NCBI GenBank assembly: GCA_000002445.1 | Contig: CP000069.1 | Span: forward strand, 32,001 to 96,000 | Length of the DNA stretch: 64,000 nucleotides | Reading direction: 5' to 3' | From: Trypanosoma brucei | Lineage: Eukaryota | Shown here: positions 1 through 13,110 of the stretch, piece after piece | Layout: every line of letters begins with the position of its first letter | How positions within the stretch are numbered: the first letter of the stretch is position 1 | Position numbers and translations under genes: made by a program | The notes under the pieces: model-generated | What the model was told of the DNA's origin: nothing | The model's input: only the letters and a program-made list of their open reading frames with translations | The model's database searches: none

Positions 1-318
1 GAAATCTTATGTCCTAAGGAAGAATATCAAAAGAGGGAAAATAGAAATCAGTAAGATTACACTTCCAGACAGTTGGATGCTATAACAAGTTCCCGACAAA
101 ACCAAAACAATGCTTAAAAAGCAATGAAGGCACGCCAAGGTAGCGAGAGACGACTCGTTTATAATGTCACTGTAAACTGCGAGCAAATGATAGAAAGGGA
201 CAACCGACACGCTGGTGGGAAATGGTGTCACACAAACACGTATATGTATGTCATGTGTGTCGTTGTTTTCTTTGCTACTGACATTTCATTACGAAATATG
301 GATCCGGCTTTGATGTAG
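1..318 (-). repeat. Inverted copy of the conserved ~320-bp GRESAG4 5' flank. It is one arm of an inverted repeat; the partner copies lie at 9385-9700 and 53365-53680.
   Basis: Reverse complement of 1-318 matches 9385-9700 almost base for base. ORF 7..231(-) equals ORF 9469..9693(+), and ORF 124..318(+) equals ORF 9352..9576(-). Similarity stops at ~318/9385. The mirrored start codon would lie ~10 nt before position 1. Confidence 0.85.
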
Positions 319-702
319 TTATCGCATGCTCCATGTGTGTTTGTGTGGCTGCATTTGCTCATGTATAGTTGACCCTTTTAGTTTATTTTGTTGAATCCCC
401 TTAACCACATAACCCTTTTCATCTGTCCTCCATTTTGTAGAGGATACTTGCTTTCATTTGATTCTCTGCTGTTGGCTCCCCATCTGCAGCAGCCACCACA
501 TGATTGTCACAAGACATGCGCTCACTTATCATTTGTTATTACGTGTAATATGGGACAATATTTTTACATATACCACGCTTTAGCAGCCTTTTCCACCGAT
601 GTGCAATTCATCGTTTGTGAATTAAAAAGGGCTCACAATGTGAAAGACGCGAATGGAACATGTGACACCTATGCCATAAGAAGGGATTACGGGCGAAATG
701 TC

Positions 703-3700
703 AGCAAACTAATGGCGACACATTTGTGCATACTCTTACGCTATAGTACACGACATGAACGAAGAAATAATAAAAATAAACGAAAACAAATGAGTGTGCG
801 CTCCATTTAGATGACGAACAAACACTATTTCAGATGGACACACGTATCTGCGTTTGAATATTTGAATAGGTTGGTAGCTTCTGTGTTTGACACTAACACA
901 TTACTCGCAATGTTATCTTAACATCGAATAGTATATGAGTAGAAACAAACTAAATCAGCAATTACGAAATTGCTGTTATCATTACCGTGACACAAATAGC
1001 GCTAATGTTTAGAAGGTAACAACAATGGCAAAGAAGGGATGGAACACAACTACAGATAACAATATCGGCTCAATGACCGCTAAGAAATAAACATAATCAG
1101 TGGTTATTCACATGTTTAACGTCAGTTCCCTTGAGCAGAGGGACAAGAACACTTGGACACATCGCACACTTGCAGTGGAGTACAGGCATGCACACAATGT
1201 GAAGCATTAGCGTTGGCATCTTGTATACCACAATGTATTGTAGGCTATTGAAGTTTCTTTATCTTTAAAGTTTCATGAGCTGCCCATAGTGCTGGCACCT
1301 GCTATTCTGTTCGACACAGGTAGCAGTGTCTCCCATTTTCTCCAACCTTAAATGAGTTAGATACCGCATAATCATACAGATCATGTGCATTCGCTTCCGG
1401 TGTTGGAGGTGAAAGATCACATCTGCTGCACACAATTGCGTGGATTGACCACAAGAAGAAAAAGATATAGCTTGAAGCCACGTGTGCTGCAGCGAAATGT
1501 GTTTGTGTAGGGATACTCCCTTATCGTATGGATTGCCTTCCTATTTCCAAACATAATATTCAATGCTGGTGAATCATATCGTTCCAGTGAAACGCCATTT
1601 TAGCTGTGCAATTTACCTTTTAATTTACCTTCTCCCTCCCTGTGAGTTTATTTCTAACGAGAGAACGAAATTAAACCAAATTCAGCAATGATACACAATA
1701 GTCACTGCATGGAGTGAGATTGTCAGGTAATGTTCTTGAGAGCAATTGCTTCTTATAACGGAGTTACATCAGAGAAAACTCACACATTCATTACAGTGCA
1801 GAGAAAATGAACTGTCAATGAAGTCATCACACTTCATAAATACACTAACATCACAGAAATCAATACAGAGCTCACGAAGAGTACTTCAATGGACTCATTT
1901 CATGTGTAAATTATGCTCAGGAGGGTGAACGCACGGATAAACAAATATGTGTCATACAGACGGTGCCAGATGTGAGGGAACTAACCCTGAGAAATACTGA
2001 TTGCGCCAATCCACAGTAATTAGTGATATATCCGACGGACTCATGGTCAGATGGGGAAAACAATAGCAGCTGATAAATATGGAAGGGATAAGCACATACA
2101 AAGCCTTAAATATATTTGCGAAGTTTGAATAAACAAACAAACATATCAACGCCAATGTGTTTCTTTGTTTTATTGTGCAAAATGTATCAACCGTGATGGT
2201 GGACTAGTGACAAACGTATGACTGTAAATACTGCACCGAACCAGTAGGTGCCAGCAATTCAGTGTATCCATATATTACCACTCACTACCACCTTAGAACC
2301 TAATAACTAAGAAAAGAAGATAGCAATATTCAACATTGTAGAGGATAGACAATGAACATAGAAGCAGAAAAGTTTTTTACACAAACCATTCCCATCAAAA
2401 ACCTACAACTGCGTTAACAGAAGCAAGTACTGCTGCAAACAGGTCAGGACTGTTTCCTTCTTATATTTTTCATGTCGATTACTTTCTTATCACACTATGT
2501 CGTTCACTCACTCCAATATAAGAAAACTGCGACTGCTGTTAAAGTGTCTATCATTTCACATACACAGACTCAATGGTTCGCCTACCACTTGCGCTGTGTT
2601 CCCCATAGTGGCAATCTGTCATTCACAGTAAAGAAAGTTGATCTCGCATTTTTTGTTTCGTATCGACATTGACATCTCGGGTATCCGTGCTATCTTCAAT
2701 TAATGTTATCGCACACATACAAAGACGTTATGTCACAAAGTTCCTTCAACACTAGCATGCATAAGTTCAAGGACGACAATGAGAGCGCCCTGTTATACAG
2801 ACTAGTAAGCTGGCGGTACCTAATGCTGTACATGCACTTAAGGCGAACAGCAATGACTTCGATGTGACTACCATCCCTGTGGTATTCTACAATGTCTCAG
2901 AGGGGAAATTGTGCCCATATTTCATTTACATCATACTCACACTAAAATTTAACAAGCAATTACGGCACTAGAATATCTTCCTCCATTTGTCATCTTTCAA
3001 CAAAACATAACAATCATACTAATTCATGTTCCGAAGAATAAGCATGCACTAACCAAAGTCAATGTAATACATATTGTTCCTGAAACGCACCGAGAAAAAA
3101 TTCCACCCCCTCAGTTCACAAAGTTTCAGTAGACGGAGCACGAATTGTCACACACCAGAAGGTCATGGTCAAATGTTTTGAACCACAGGCTGATCCCTGG
3201 CAGAGCCTGACAATGAGGGCGAACTTCCCTTTGAAGTTTACATTTCATTTTTTGAAAGACAAAATCGACTACGAGCGTGGGTAATCCTTTCATTGGATGT
3301 TACGACCGTTTAAAGAAAAGGTCATCTATACTCAATATCAGGATTTATATTCAACCTTTGGGGTTGTAACAAGTGCGCTCAGTTCGTTTCCCCGTAGCGT
3401 GGCCCCGATCAGACGATTTACCATCAAACTCAGGCGCCCCTTCATCAGAGGGCGGCATGGTGTCCCCTACGCGGGTTCATTCAGTTTCCCTTGTATAAAA
3501 TGAGGAGAATACTCAAGGAGTTTAACGCATCGACCCACCACATGTAAACCACTGCCGCGTATTCTTGATAGGCGCATGTGCATGTAACCTTGCTGTTCCA
3601 CAATTCACGCAGCAACAGAGCTAAGTGACACCATCTCGTATGAATGTCAATGCGACCCTGCGGCACGTGTAGCACAGCCTCACCAAAGTTTCCCTCGCTT

Positions 3701-6700
3701 AACACCCTTTTACCAGCATTTGGCTCTTGTGCCTCGGCGCCACGGTCACCATCCTGCCACAATTATTCGAACCTCTCTCAGCTCTATCTCCGGTGCCTCC
3801 ACTTAGTCCGATTGCAACTTTAGACATTGCAGCTTCAGTTAAAAGTTGTCCTTTGCTCTCTCTGTTTGGAGTCGTCCGTTCGGTCGGGAAAAGGTTTCAC
3901 AGTTCCGCGATCAGACCTAAGTCTTCCAGTTTCAAGAACCTACGTGAAAAATGCGCCCACAGCCCGTGAAGCGATGATCTGCCCCTCACGGTATTTTCCG
4001 CCCCACATTCTTTGCGTAGTGCCTTTTGGGTCTGTCATTGTAGTAAATGCGGGGAAGTTTCTTTGGACCTTATGCCTGGGTTGCGGAATTGCTTTTTCAT
4101 TTTGTCTTCGTGATCGCACTGCTTCTGTTTGGTAAGGGAAGGTCGCTCCATGCATTTTGTCGGGAGGCGCGCGAGTTGGTGCGCCCTCAGAATCGGCCTT
4201 ACCAACTGGAATGTTCCGTCGGCCTCGGCTTTCTCAAGTGTTTTTCTTTCCAGCTTGTCCGCCTCCGGCGTGCGGGTGTGAGCACCGACGAGTGTGCAAA
4301 ATTTCCCCTTCGTTGAGTGTCCATGTGAAGGCGGAACGCCACGGCATCGATGGTATGGCCGCTCACTGGCAGCGTCGGCTGGGGCGAGCGCGCAGAGGTA
4401 ATATCAAAGAGCGCTCCTTCCATTGAATGTACCGGTGGTACTGTGTGCGGTTACTGTGGTTGATTTGCGCTGTTTTAGGGGAGGTTAGGCATGGACGCTG
4501 GATTTTGTTTGGTGCCCGCCTCGAATAGCTCTGAGTGGCAACTTTCCTCCGCTCTGGACATGATAAAGGAATATTCGTGACCATACCGTTATTTTCGTAG
4601 CAATGTGGAGCTCGCCATCGGCACACACACCCGCGTGAGGGATGTATGCGTTCAACGTGGAGTGCTGTCTTAGCTAGCGAGCCATTTTTATCCGGCTCAT
4701 AAGATGCCAGTCTATTATTTTCCCAGTATGTCAAAAAGATGGCTTCCCATCGTAACTATAAAACATTGCTCATCACCTTTGGTGCGGTAGCGGATCGGCT
4801 ATTCGTGTCGTGTGCTGCAGGGTATTTGCGGAACGTAAACAATACTCGTTTGTCTCGATCAAGACAAAAGAGAGAAAATATGACAATGACGGTAACAACT
4901 ATCTGCTTGCGCCATCGATACGCTCTAACTCACTTTGGGGGTGCTGCCGAAGGGTGCAAAAACCAACGGACAATGTAATAAGGTTGTAAATAATGATTAG
5001 AAAGTGAATGACCCAGTTTGTCTAAAATCTTCTGATCGGCCAGCCTCGGTTCAAATTATTTTTTGAGCATTTGGTTAGGGACGGACGATGAACGTAAAGA
5101 CGTTTAGTGCTGGTATAAAGGTACTGTCTGTGTGTGCAATTGGAGCCATATTTTCGCTACGAGGCACTAAGCGCTACAAAACATCATGGTAAAATTTACA
5201 TCCAGTCCCTGCCATGATTGTGAATGAAGCAAGAATGATATTAATTTAGAACTTGGCAGTGATTTACTGGCGGCAGATCTAGCGCTAGTAATTGTGTTAC
5301 TCATGGAGGCAGCGTGTTGTACACCCGTTTTGAGGAAAGTAACTACTCAAGATAATCTCATCAAATATAGGTATCCGTACCAGAATGTTGGTGGGGCTAC
5401 GAATTGCGATGCCTTGCGATGCCCATAAAATAATTTCCCGTGACACTACCTGCAACATGAGGTGATACTCCACTGCTCTCTCCTCGTAAGGGAATTGAGT
5501 ACAAGTTACGGAGAGTTAGTGAGTAATCGCCTTTCGTGGATTGGATAGGTAACAGATGGGCAATACCCAATGTCACTCACGGGATGTTACTGAGATGCCA
5601 TTTATGTCTCTCGATGGCACCTGCCGTTTTGTTGTTGGAGGCTCATTTTTCTTTGCTACCTCGTTGGCAATATTCCCAATTTAATTACCTCCTTCATATG
5701 CCTATAATTTTTTTTACTCCGAGAGACATCCCAATAAATTACTGCCTCTCTTTTTCTTCGCGACAAGCAGCTACCGGCATGTATAAAAGTGAAGAAAGGA
5801 AGAAGCACAAAACAGATACGCATCCCACTTACTGACTTAGAAAGTCATATCGCTTTTTTTTTTTGACTGAAGGTAAGCACCATACACTCAACAGCGCACA
5901 TAATTTTACCGTATGATGCAGCAGTGGGAGAGAGACCAAAAATGGAAAAAGAAAGGAAAAAGCGGATAGGAACTAATGCAGGACATGCCGGCTAACTAAC
6001 AGTGAGAGGACTATTGTTGGAGATGCTATGTGGTTAACAGGACTGTGTGGTAATGTTTAATTCCGATACTTCGAGTTCCTGTGGTTTCTACACTTAGTGA
6101 AACAATGCTTTCTGCACTGCCAAATTCCTCTATGGTTTTAACGCAAGTGTGCTTCTTTGTTGTTATTGTTGCTCTTAAAATATGAGGATAAAGAGAAGAA
6201 ATCAATTGAAAAGTGAATATGCTGAGTCTGTGCGTTTGAGACAAGGTACGACTGTGCTGTAGGTTCTGTGGCACTAGCCTTCCCTCGCTGAGCACAAATA
6301 TTTGCAACCGATGGTTTCAGATGTGACTCGGGGGCTGGTGACCGTAGCTGCAGTTTGTCTCAATGTGTAGGCACTATTTTAAATGACTTATACCGAACAA
6401 GGGATATCTTAAGAAGGAACTAATAGTGTCATAGGGACACATTATTTTGTTGTTGCGCTTATACATTGAATGTTTTGTTGCCGACAATAAAGGCTAACAT
6501 TGTGGAAGCAGTTACTGTAAAGAGATATTGTCCCCAAACGTGTATGCGGCCACTATTGATACGAAATTTGTTTTTCCACTAAAAGGTAAAGGAGCACCTT
6601 ATTCCGATACCCTCAGCTCACCACCGCAAGGTCGATAAACTTTTTAAAAGGTACAGTAAAACACAATGGTCAAATAGGATTTGTGTGTGTTTCGGCCTTT

Positions 6701-9700
6701 GGCTTCTGTATAGTGTGTTTATGCATGAGCGCCTACATCTCTCTCCGTGTGTGTGATAACTGCTCTTGCGTGCAGTACCATCGTTTGGCTGCTTGTCCCG
6801 TAACTCCATTCCGTAATGATCCCTCTGGAGTATTGATAGTATTTCAAACACGGCGTTACATCACGCATACGTTTACATCACACGACCTCCCTATGCTCAT
6901 TCACTCTCTCTGACGATGGAAATAAAGGGGGTATCAGGTATCACTTTTTAGTTACAATTGTTTAAGGCGCTTGTGCGTCGTGCTGCGCTTTGAATTTTGT
7001 GATATTTGCGGTCGCCTATCGATTGAACTGTGGTATTGGGCTGACAGGTCTGAAGGCACTTTCTTGTCCCTCATATTGTTTCCGTTTACTCTTATACCCG
7101 GTTGGGAAATTAACCTCCTTTTGATACTGAACCACAGTAGGATATGTGCTTGGTCGATATGATGGTGTTCCCGTTTCCCCCCCCCCCCCTCTGATATTTC
7201 ATTTGGATTGTTCTAAAGTTTTGTTGTTTTTTTTTTTAATGCCATACACTGCGTGGATACTGCTTTTAATTGTCAAATAGAGCATTTTTCGTTACTTTAG
7301 GTTTCGGTTCTTTTTCCTTTTCGGAGGGAAGCCCGGGTTAGTCTCAGATTAATGGCTGTTGCTTGTACACCGTCACTGCATTGTACACGCTAATGTTGAG
7401 TCTTACATCATACCGTTTTTTGTCCTCTCTATTTTCTGGTGTTGTATCCGATGATTTGTATCACTATGTTTTCTCGGATAGAGCAGTTCCACGCTTCGAT
7501 TTTTGATGGCCCATGCTGCATCGATACATGAGTCTATTTACCTGACATTTTTGTTTCTTCCCGTTGGCACAGCTAGAACAGTGCTCCTTATTCCTTACTG
7601 ATTAAAGGAAGAGACTTACCGGTTTTGTATTTACCCCAGGAGGGAATGACACGTTTCTACTTCCAGTGCTCTTCATGCCATTCAACGCTACCAATATTAC
7701 CAAATTTTTTTTTCGTGGAAATATCCTTATGGTATCATTTTTTTCTTTCTGGGGTTATATGGACTTGTGATCTTGCTTACAAACCCCCCTTTTAACCATT
7801 ACTGGATAGCGAGGTTAGTGTTTCGCCACAAGCGCCTTAGGGGTTTCAGAGATCTACTGCTGATATTCCAAAGCGCTGAGAGTGACAGCAGCAAAGAAAT
7901 GAGCTAAAAAAGAATGAGATGAGTGATGTGACGGAGTTGCCATATTGAGTGATACCTCGCGAGTGTAGCGTTGCAGCTCCTTCACAATTGTTGGGTTTCT
8001 TCTGTTTGAAGCCACAGCAAGGCTCATATACTCTGCGGGATGCTTCTAGGTTGCAGACTTTGCTTCCCACAGGTTTCCTGTAAAATGTTTTGTGTCAGCC
8101 TTGGTAGTCTGACACATGTTTACGAATTCAACAGCGTGTATGTCGCTGCACACGACGACCGATTTTATATTTGGCGATGTGGGAGGGTTGATGTTGCACT
8201 AGGGATACGATATTGGCCAATTCACTAGCCATGCCAAGAGTCACACTGTACAGCATTGTTATCACACTTTTGCCGCACAAGAACGGGACTCGTCACAGCA
8301 CTCCAGTGGCGATTTAAACCATGCTATGTGTAATGGATAGCGGACACGTGATGATGAGCTTCCCTTCTCGCGACAGAAAAAACGAAAAAAAGACGGTTCT
8401 TGGTGACAACGTTGTATTCATCTGCTGTTGAGAATTATATGCGAAACATGCAGAGAACCACAACTTATGCGTATGTGCGTTGTTGCTGTGTTTTTTTTTT
8501 TTGCTTGTGTGCCACAGGCATGTGCGAACAGACGACACAGGTGATCAGCATCCAGTGAGGTACGTTATGCATGTGAAGGTAGCGCTTTCCCTTTGCCGGT
8601 AATCTGCACCGATGAACATACGCAGCGACCACCGCATGCGCCTCGTTCTGCTGCGCTTTCGCAACGATGGATCAGTTGTTGCAGGTGAAGAGAAACGTAA
8701 GGAGATTGCGTGTAGCGAAAATAAGTGTTACGGTTGCGCTCTCTGGGTGCCAACACCGTGGTAGTCAGCGAGGATATAATGGACGGATCCCGTCGTGTCG
8801 GACTGTAAGTTACCCTGCTCTGCAGAAGTGGGTTTGGGAGACGGCGACGGTTACTTATACGGTTTTGCCGCATTGGTCAGGATGTTTCATGAAGTTAGTT
8901 GACCGACGTATGAGTTGTGGGGATGCCGTATGCCAGTACAGATATTCTGCTGCTTTACACTGCTAACGTAAAATGGCGTCCAAAGAATGGAACCAGGCTC
9001 CATCTCACACAAACAGCTGCGGCACTGTTAGACCCACGGAATCGGGTACGATCCAACACATTTCGTACCTGCAGATCGCTGTAGGATGCCTCCGCCACAG
9101 ACAGTTATGACTCATCTACCCTGCAAACGCCTGATCATTCCATGGCTCTGCCGCTACGATATGGCGAGTTGCGCCTTATGTTTTTAGCAATGTGACAGAG
9201 ATGTCCATTAGGTAAGCAAGAAATTCTTTACTCCCATGAAATATGTGCTTGCAACGGAGAGTCTCAAACCCCATCACCATGGTAGGTACAAAGGGAATAA
9301 TAGGTGTCTGAATGCATGAATTTAGTGAATACACCACCAGGGCACTTACGACTATCGTTCTGCCCTCAACTCAAACGAAAGCCACATCAAAGCCGGATCC
9401 ATATTTCGTAATGAAATGTCAGTAGCAAAGAAAACAACGACACACATGACATACATATACGTGTTTGTGTGACACCATTTCCCACCAGCGTGTCGGTTGT
9501 CCCTTTCTATCATTTGCTCGCAATTTACAGTGACATTATAAACGAGTCGTCTCTCGCTACCTTGGCGTGCCTTCATTGCTTTTTAAGCATTGTTTTGGTT
9601 TTGTCGGGAACTTGTTATAGCATCCAACTGTCTGGAAGTGTAATCTTACTGATTTCTATTTTCCCTCTTTTGATATTCTTCCTTAGGACATAAGATTTCA

Positions 9701-12700
9701 CACACGAAAAGTGTCACACATTCCCGAAAATATGAGTTGGCAGGAAGGTGGTGGAAGAGGATGTGTGTACCCCCATGGAAACTGCAGGCGGAACCTTACC
9801 GCAAGGAGCCCTGCAAGGCGTTACAGCAAGTACAAGCACTCACCTGTCATTACTGCTATATCACTGCTACACTTGTTGCCTTTGCTACTCATGTGGATGC
9901 CACCTGTGTGCGCGGAAGCGAGTAATGTGACGGTAAAAGTGCTATCCATGATGTACAGCCTCGGTTTCACCACTCCTGAAGTTAACGCCATTAATGCCGG
10001 CTTTAACGCATCACTGAGTGCCCACAGCTGGAAGACGGGCTCTAATGCGACAATATCTGTCATCCGTCCCCCATCACCCAATGCGACAGTTGAGGAGATA
10101 TTTCAGCATGGAATGAATCAAAGTGAAGGGAAGTTATTAGTTGTATTCGGGCCCCTGGGTACTAATCACGTCGCGTGGGTCAGTGATAAACTAAAGGAAC
10201 ATGATCTTGTTGCCCTAGCTCCCGTTGCGTACTCCAGTGAGGTCCGTGGTTGGAACCCTCACCTCTATTTCATAAGTGTCGAACCCAATGCTGAACTCCT
10301 CGCCCTCATTCGTTATGCTGTTGTTTACCTCCGTGTCCCACGAATAGGTATGATGCACGTGAAGAGCAGCACCGCCAGTATGGGACCGTATGAGTTTACT
10401 CTGCAGATATTGGAAATGATGGGTCGCGAGCTGTGCGGAATGTTCGTTGTGAAGGAGAGTGAAAATCAAAATATCTCTGAGGATGATTTGAACACCAGGT
10501 GGAGACAATTTGTTGCTACGCGCCCGCAGGCTATATTGCTGTTTTCTTCCCTGGGTAATACAGCAAAGTGGTTCATCAAGAAGGTAGCACAGGACAACCG
10601 CACTGCCAATGCGTATCTTCTTTCTACTTCCTTGCAGCAACATTTTTTGATCAAGATGTGGCGTGAGGCATTGGCGTTAGCTAATCGTACATTTACTCCT
10701 GGACAGCTGATCACAACTGGAACAGTGCCGCTCGCTAACGATACTCGGTTTTCACTGATTCGGCACTTCGAGCATGACATGGACAACTACCTCAGTACAA
10801 ACACTGACTGGAACTTTTTTAAGAACCCCGATCACTACCTTGAGGACGACAACGCAGGTGAGATGATGGTGTATGGGTGGCTTGCAGGAGAAGTTCTCTT
10901 CCAGGCTCTGAACAACGCTCCACAACTGACGAACCGTACGTCATTCAGGGAATCTCTATACAAGCAGCGTCGCTACGTGATTGATGACCTTGTGGTTGGT
11001 GACTTTGGTGGTGAGTGCGATGAAGCCGTTGCATTACAGGGTGCCATGTGCAAATGCAATCAAGGTGGCAGTATGGTATATATGAAGAGTATAGTGAATG
11101 GCTTCCGACCAGCGCCTTTGTGGGAAGGACATCTAACGTGGGGTGTATCAGAGTGCTCGAGTGCCAATGTACATGTGGGTGCGCCATTGAGTGGCCTCTT
11201 TTTGCTTCTCGCAGATAATAAAATTGCATTACGTGCGAGCAGGAAGTGGTTCCTTGGTGCCGAGGTTCATGGCAAGGAAGCGGAGAATATTGACAACAGA
11301 ATATTTTTCCATCCCCTAACAGTATCTTCAGAGAATGTGACGCAATCCCTTGAGCAAGTACAGGATAACAGGGATGTATCTGCAGTATTTGGTATCATGC
11401 CTGGAGGGCTTCTGGATCGAAAAGATTTAGTGTTCATCAGTCCTATGACACTTCGACCCCGCATGAAACTGTTTAGGAGAAACGTAATACACTTACTGCC
11501 TGTCCTTGCGCAGCAATTTTATGTGCTTGCTGTGTATCTCTCCAACGCTTCTTCCAGAGGAGTAAATGCATTCATACGTAGTGAGCAAGCAGGGGAGATC
11601 AGTAGCCTGCTGTACAGGTCATTGGTTACGTTTGGTGTGTCGCTTGATTCCAGTAAGACACTTGGTGATGGTGACCCGATGGCGTCGTATCTCTCGGCTA
11701 ATAAAGATGTGTTTACTATTGGACTCACTCTCACTGACGTTGCTGCGGTTGCGCGGCACCTTCAGGCACACCGCAGGGCACGTGTATTCATTCCATTCAA
11801 TGACCTTGCAATGTACTACGATGAGTTTGTGGCTGCGTTTAATGCGAGTAAAGAGTCTGTCGCTAGCTCAGAGCGGCTCCTATTCGCGACGAGTTTTCCA
11901 CACTGGGCGGAGAAGGACACGAAATCAGATGTGGTTGCGAGTTTCCATCGCATTGTGAATGAATCGCATTGGGATCCACTAACGTTCTTAGGTTTTGTTA
12001 CCACTCGGCTGCTTCAAGTGATTCTCCCGAATATGAAGAAAGTGAATGCAGAGCTGCTGGCAGACCGCATTTACACGGAGTCCAACATCAAAGTGGATGA
12101 CATGCGATTTGGACCCTTCAATGATGTGGAATGTGTTTCTGGTACGAGTGTTTCGGCAAATGAGTGTGCCTCAAACTTTGGAGCCACAAACATTTCTGTA
12201 TGGTCGATGGCGCGTGTGCTGAATTCAAGTGTGCCCATATTGCAACGCGGCATGACACCGTCTATGGACTATGTTATTCCGCAAGAGGGTCAACTCACAC
12301 AGTCACAGATAGCTGGAATAATTTCTGGGTGTGTATCCGCCTTGTTATTATTTATTGCCCTAGGTGGGCTCCTACGCATCACCCTGCGGAATGCCCGTGA
12401 TAACAATCTTGCACCCAAGGAACCAACGGACCCTGTGACACTAATATTTACTGACATTGAGAGCAGCACTGCGTTGTGGGCTGCACACCCTGAGCTGATG
12501 CCTGATGCCGTCGCCGCGCATCATCGTATGGTCCGTTCATTGATTGCGAGGTATGACTGCTACGAAGTCAAAACTGTAGGGGATTCGTTCATGATAGCGA
12601 GTAAGAGTCCTTTCGCTGCCGTCCAACTCGCACAGGAACTACAGCTGCGTTTCTTGCATCATGACTGGGGAACAAATGCAGTTGATGATTCTTACCAGCA

Positions 12701-13110
12701 GTTGGAGCAGCAGCGTGCGGAGGAGGGCGAGAAGTACACACCGCCAACTGCACGGCTGGATCCTGAAGTGTACAGCCGTTTGTGGAATGGCCTGCGTGTA
12801 CGTGTTGGAATCCACACCGGGTTGTGCGATATCCGACACGATGAAGTGACGAAGGGATATGACTACTATGGGCGGACTCCAAACATGGCAGCAAGGACAG
12901 AGAGTGTAGCAAATGGTGGTCAGGTGCTGATGACGCGCTCAACATACCTGTCACTGTCAGCTGAGGAGCGTGAGCAAATTGATGTCACTGCACTTGGTGC
13001 TGTTACACTTCGTGGTGTGCCGAAACCTGTGGAAATGTACCAGTTGAATGCCGTGCCTGGTCGCAACTTTGCTGCATTACGGCTGGACCGTGAAATTAAG
13101 GATGAAGACG
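703..13110 (+). repeat. Segmental duplication, copy 1: ORF-poor spacer plus GRESAG4-A ectodomain, TM and most of the cyclase domain.
   Basis: Collinear with 44680-57085 at a constant offset of about 43,975 bp. Examples: ORF 1746..1928 vs 45722..45904, and GTG-ORF starts 9711 vs 53684. Identity is high, with small indels and homopolymer-length differences. Similarity begins near 703/44680 and decays in the C-terminal tail coding region. Confidence 0.9.
9649..9686 (+). promoter_or_regulatory. Polypyrimidine tract followed by AG. Predicted spliced-leader trans-splice acceptor for GRESAG4-A.
   Basis: The sequence ctgatttctattttccctcttttgatattcttccttAG ends 46 nt upstream of the first ATG (9732). 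This is the typical kinetoplastid polyY-AG acceptor geometry. Confidence 0.55.

Noticed and set aside
1-9700. Dozens of 60-140-aa ORFs in the 9-kb spacers (for example 388..810, 5536..5835, 6026..6307, 8565..8873).
   Set aside because: Many start at non-ATG codons. They are unconserved in composition, overlap one another in all frames, and recur only because the whole spacer is duplicated. There is no domain evidence.
9600-9711. Prokaryote-style promoter, RBS or terminator calls around the large ORFs.
   Set aside because: The organism is a kinetoplastid. mRNA ends are set by trans-splicing and polyadenylation. Only polyY-AG acceptor signals are meaningful.
12589-12954. Antisense ORFs inside the cyclase genes that are conserved between copies (12589..12954-, 56565..56930-, 40699..41064+, 10215..10643-, 54164..54481-).
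   Set aside because: Their conservation is a by-product of the conserved cyclase coding sequence on the opposite strand. They have no independent start/stop logic and no motifs.
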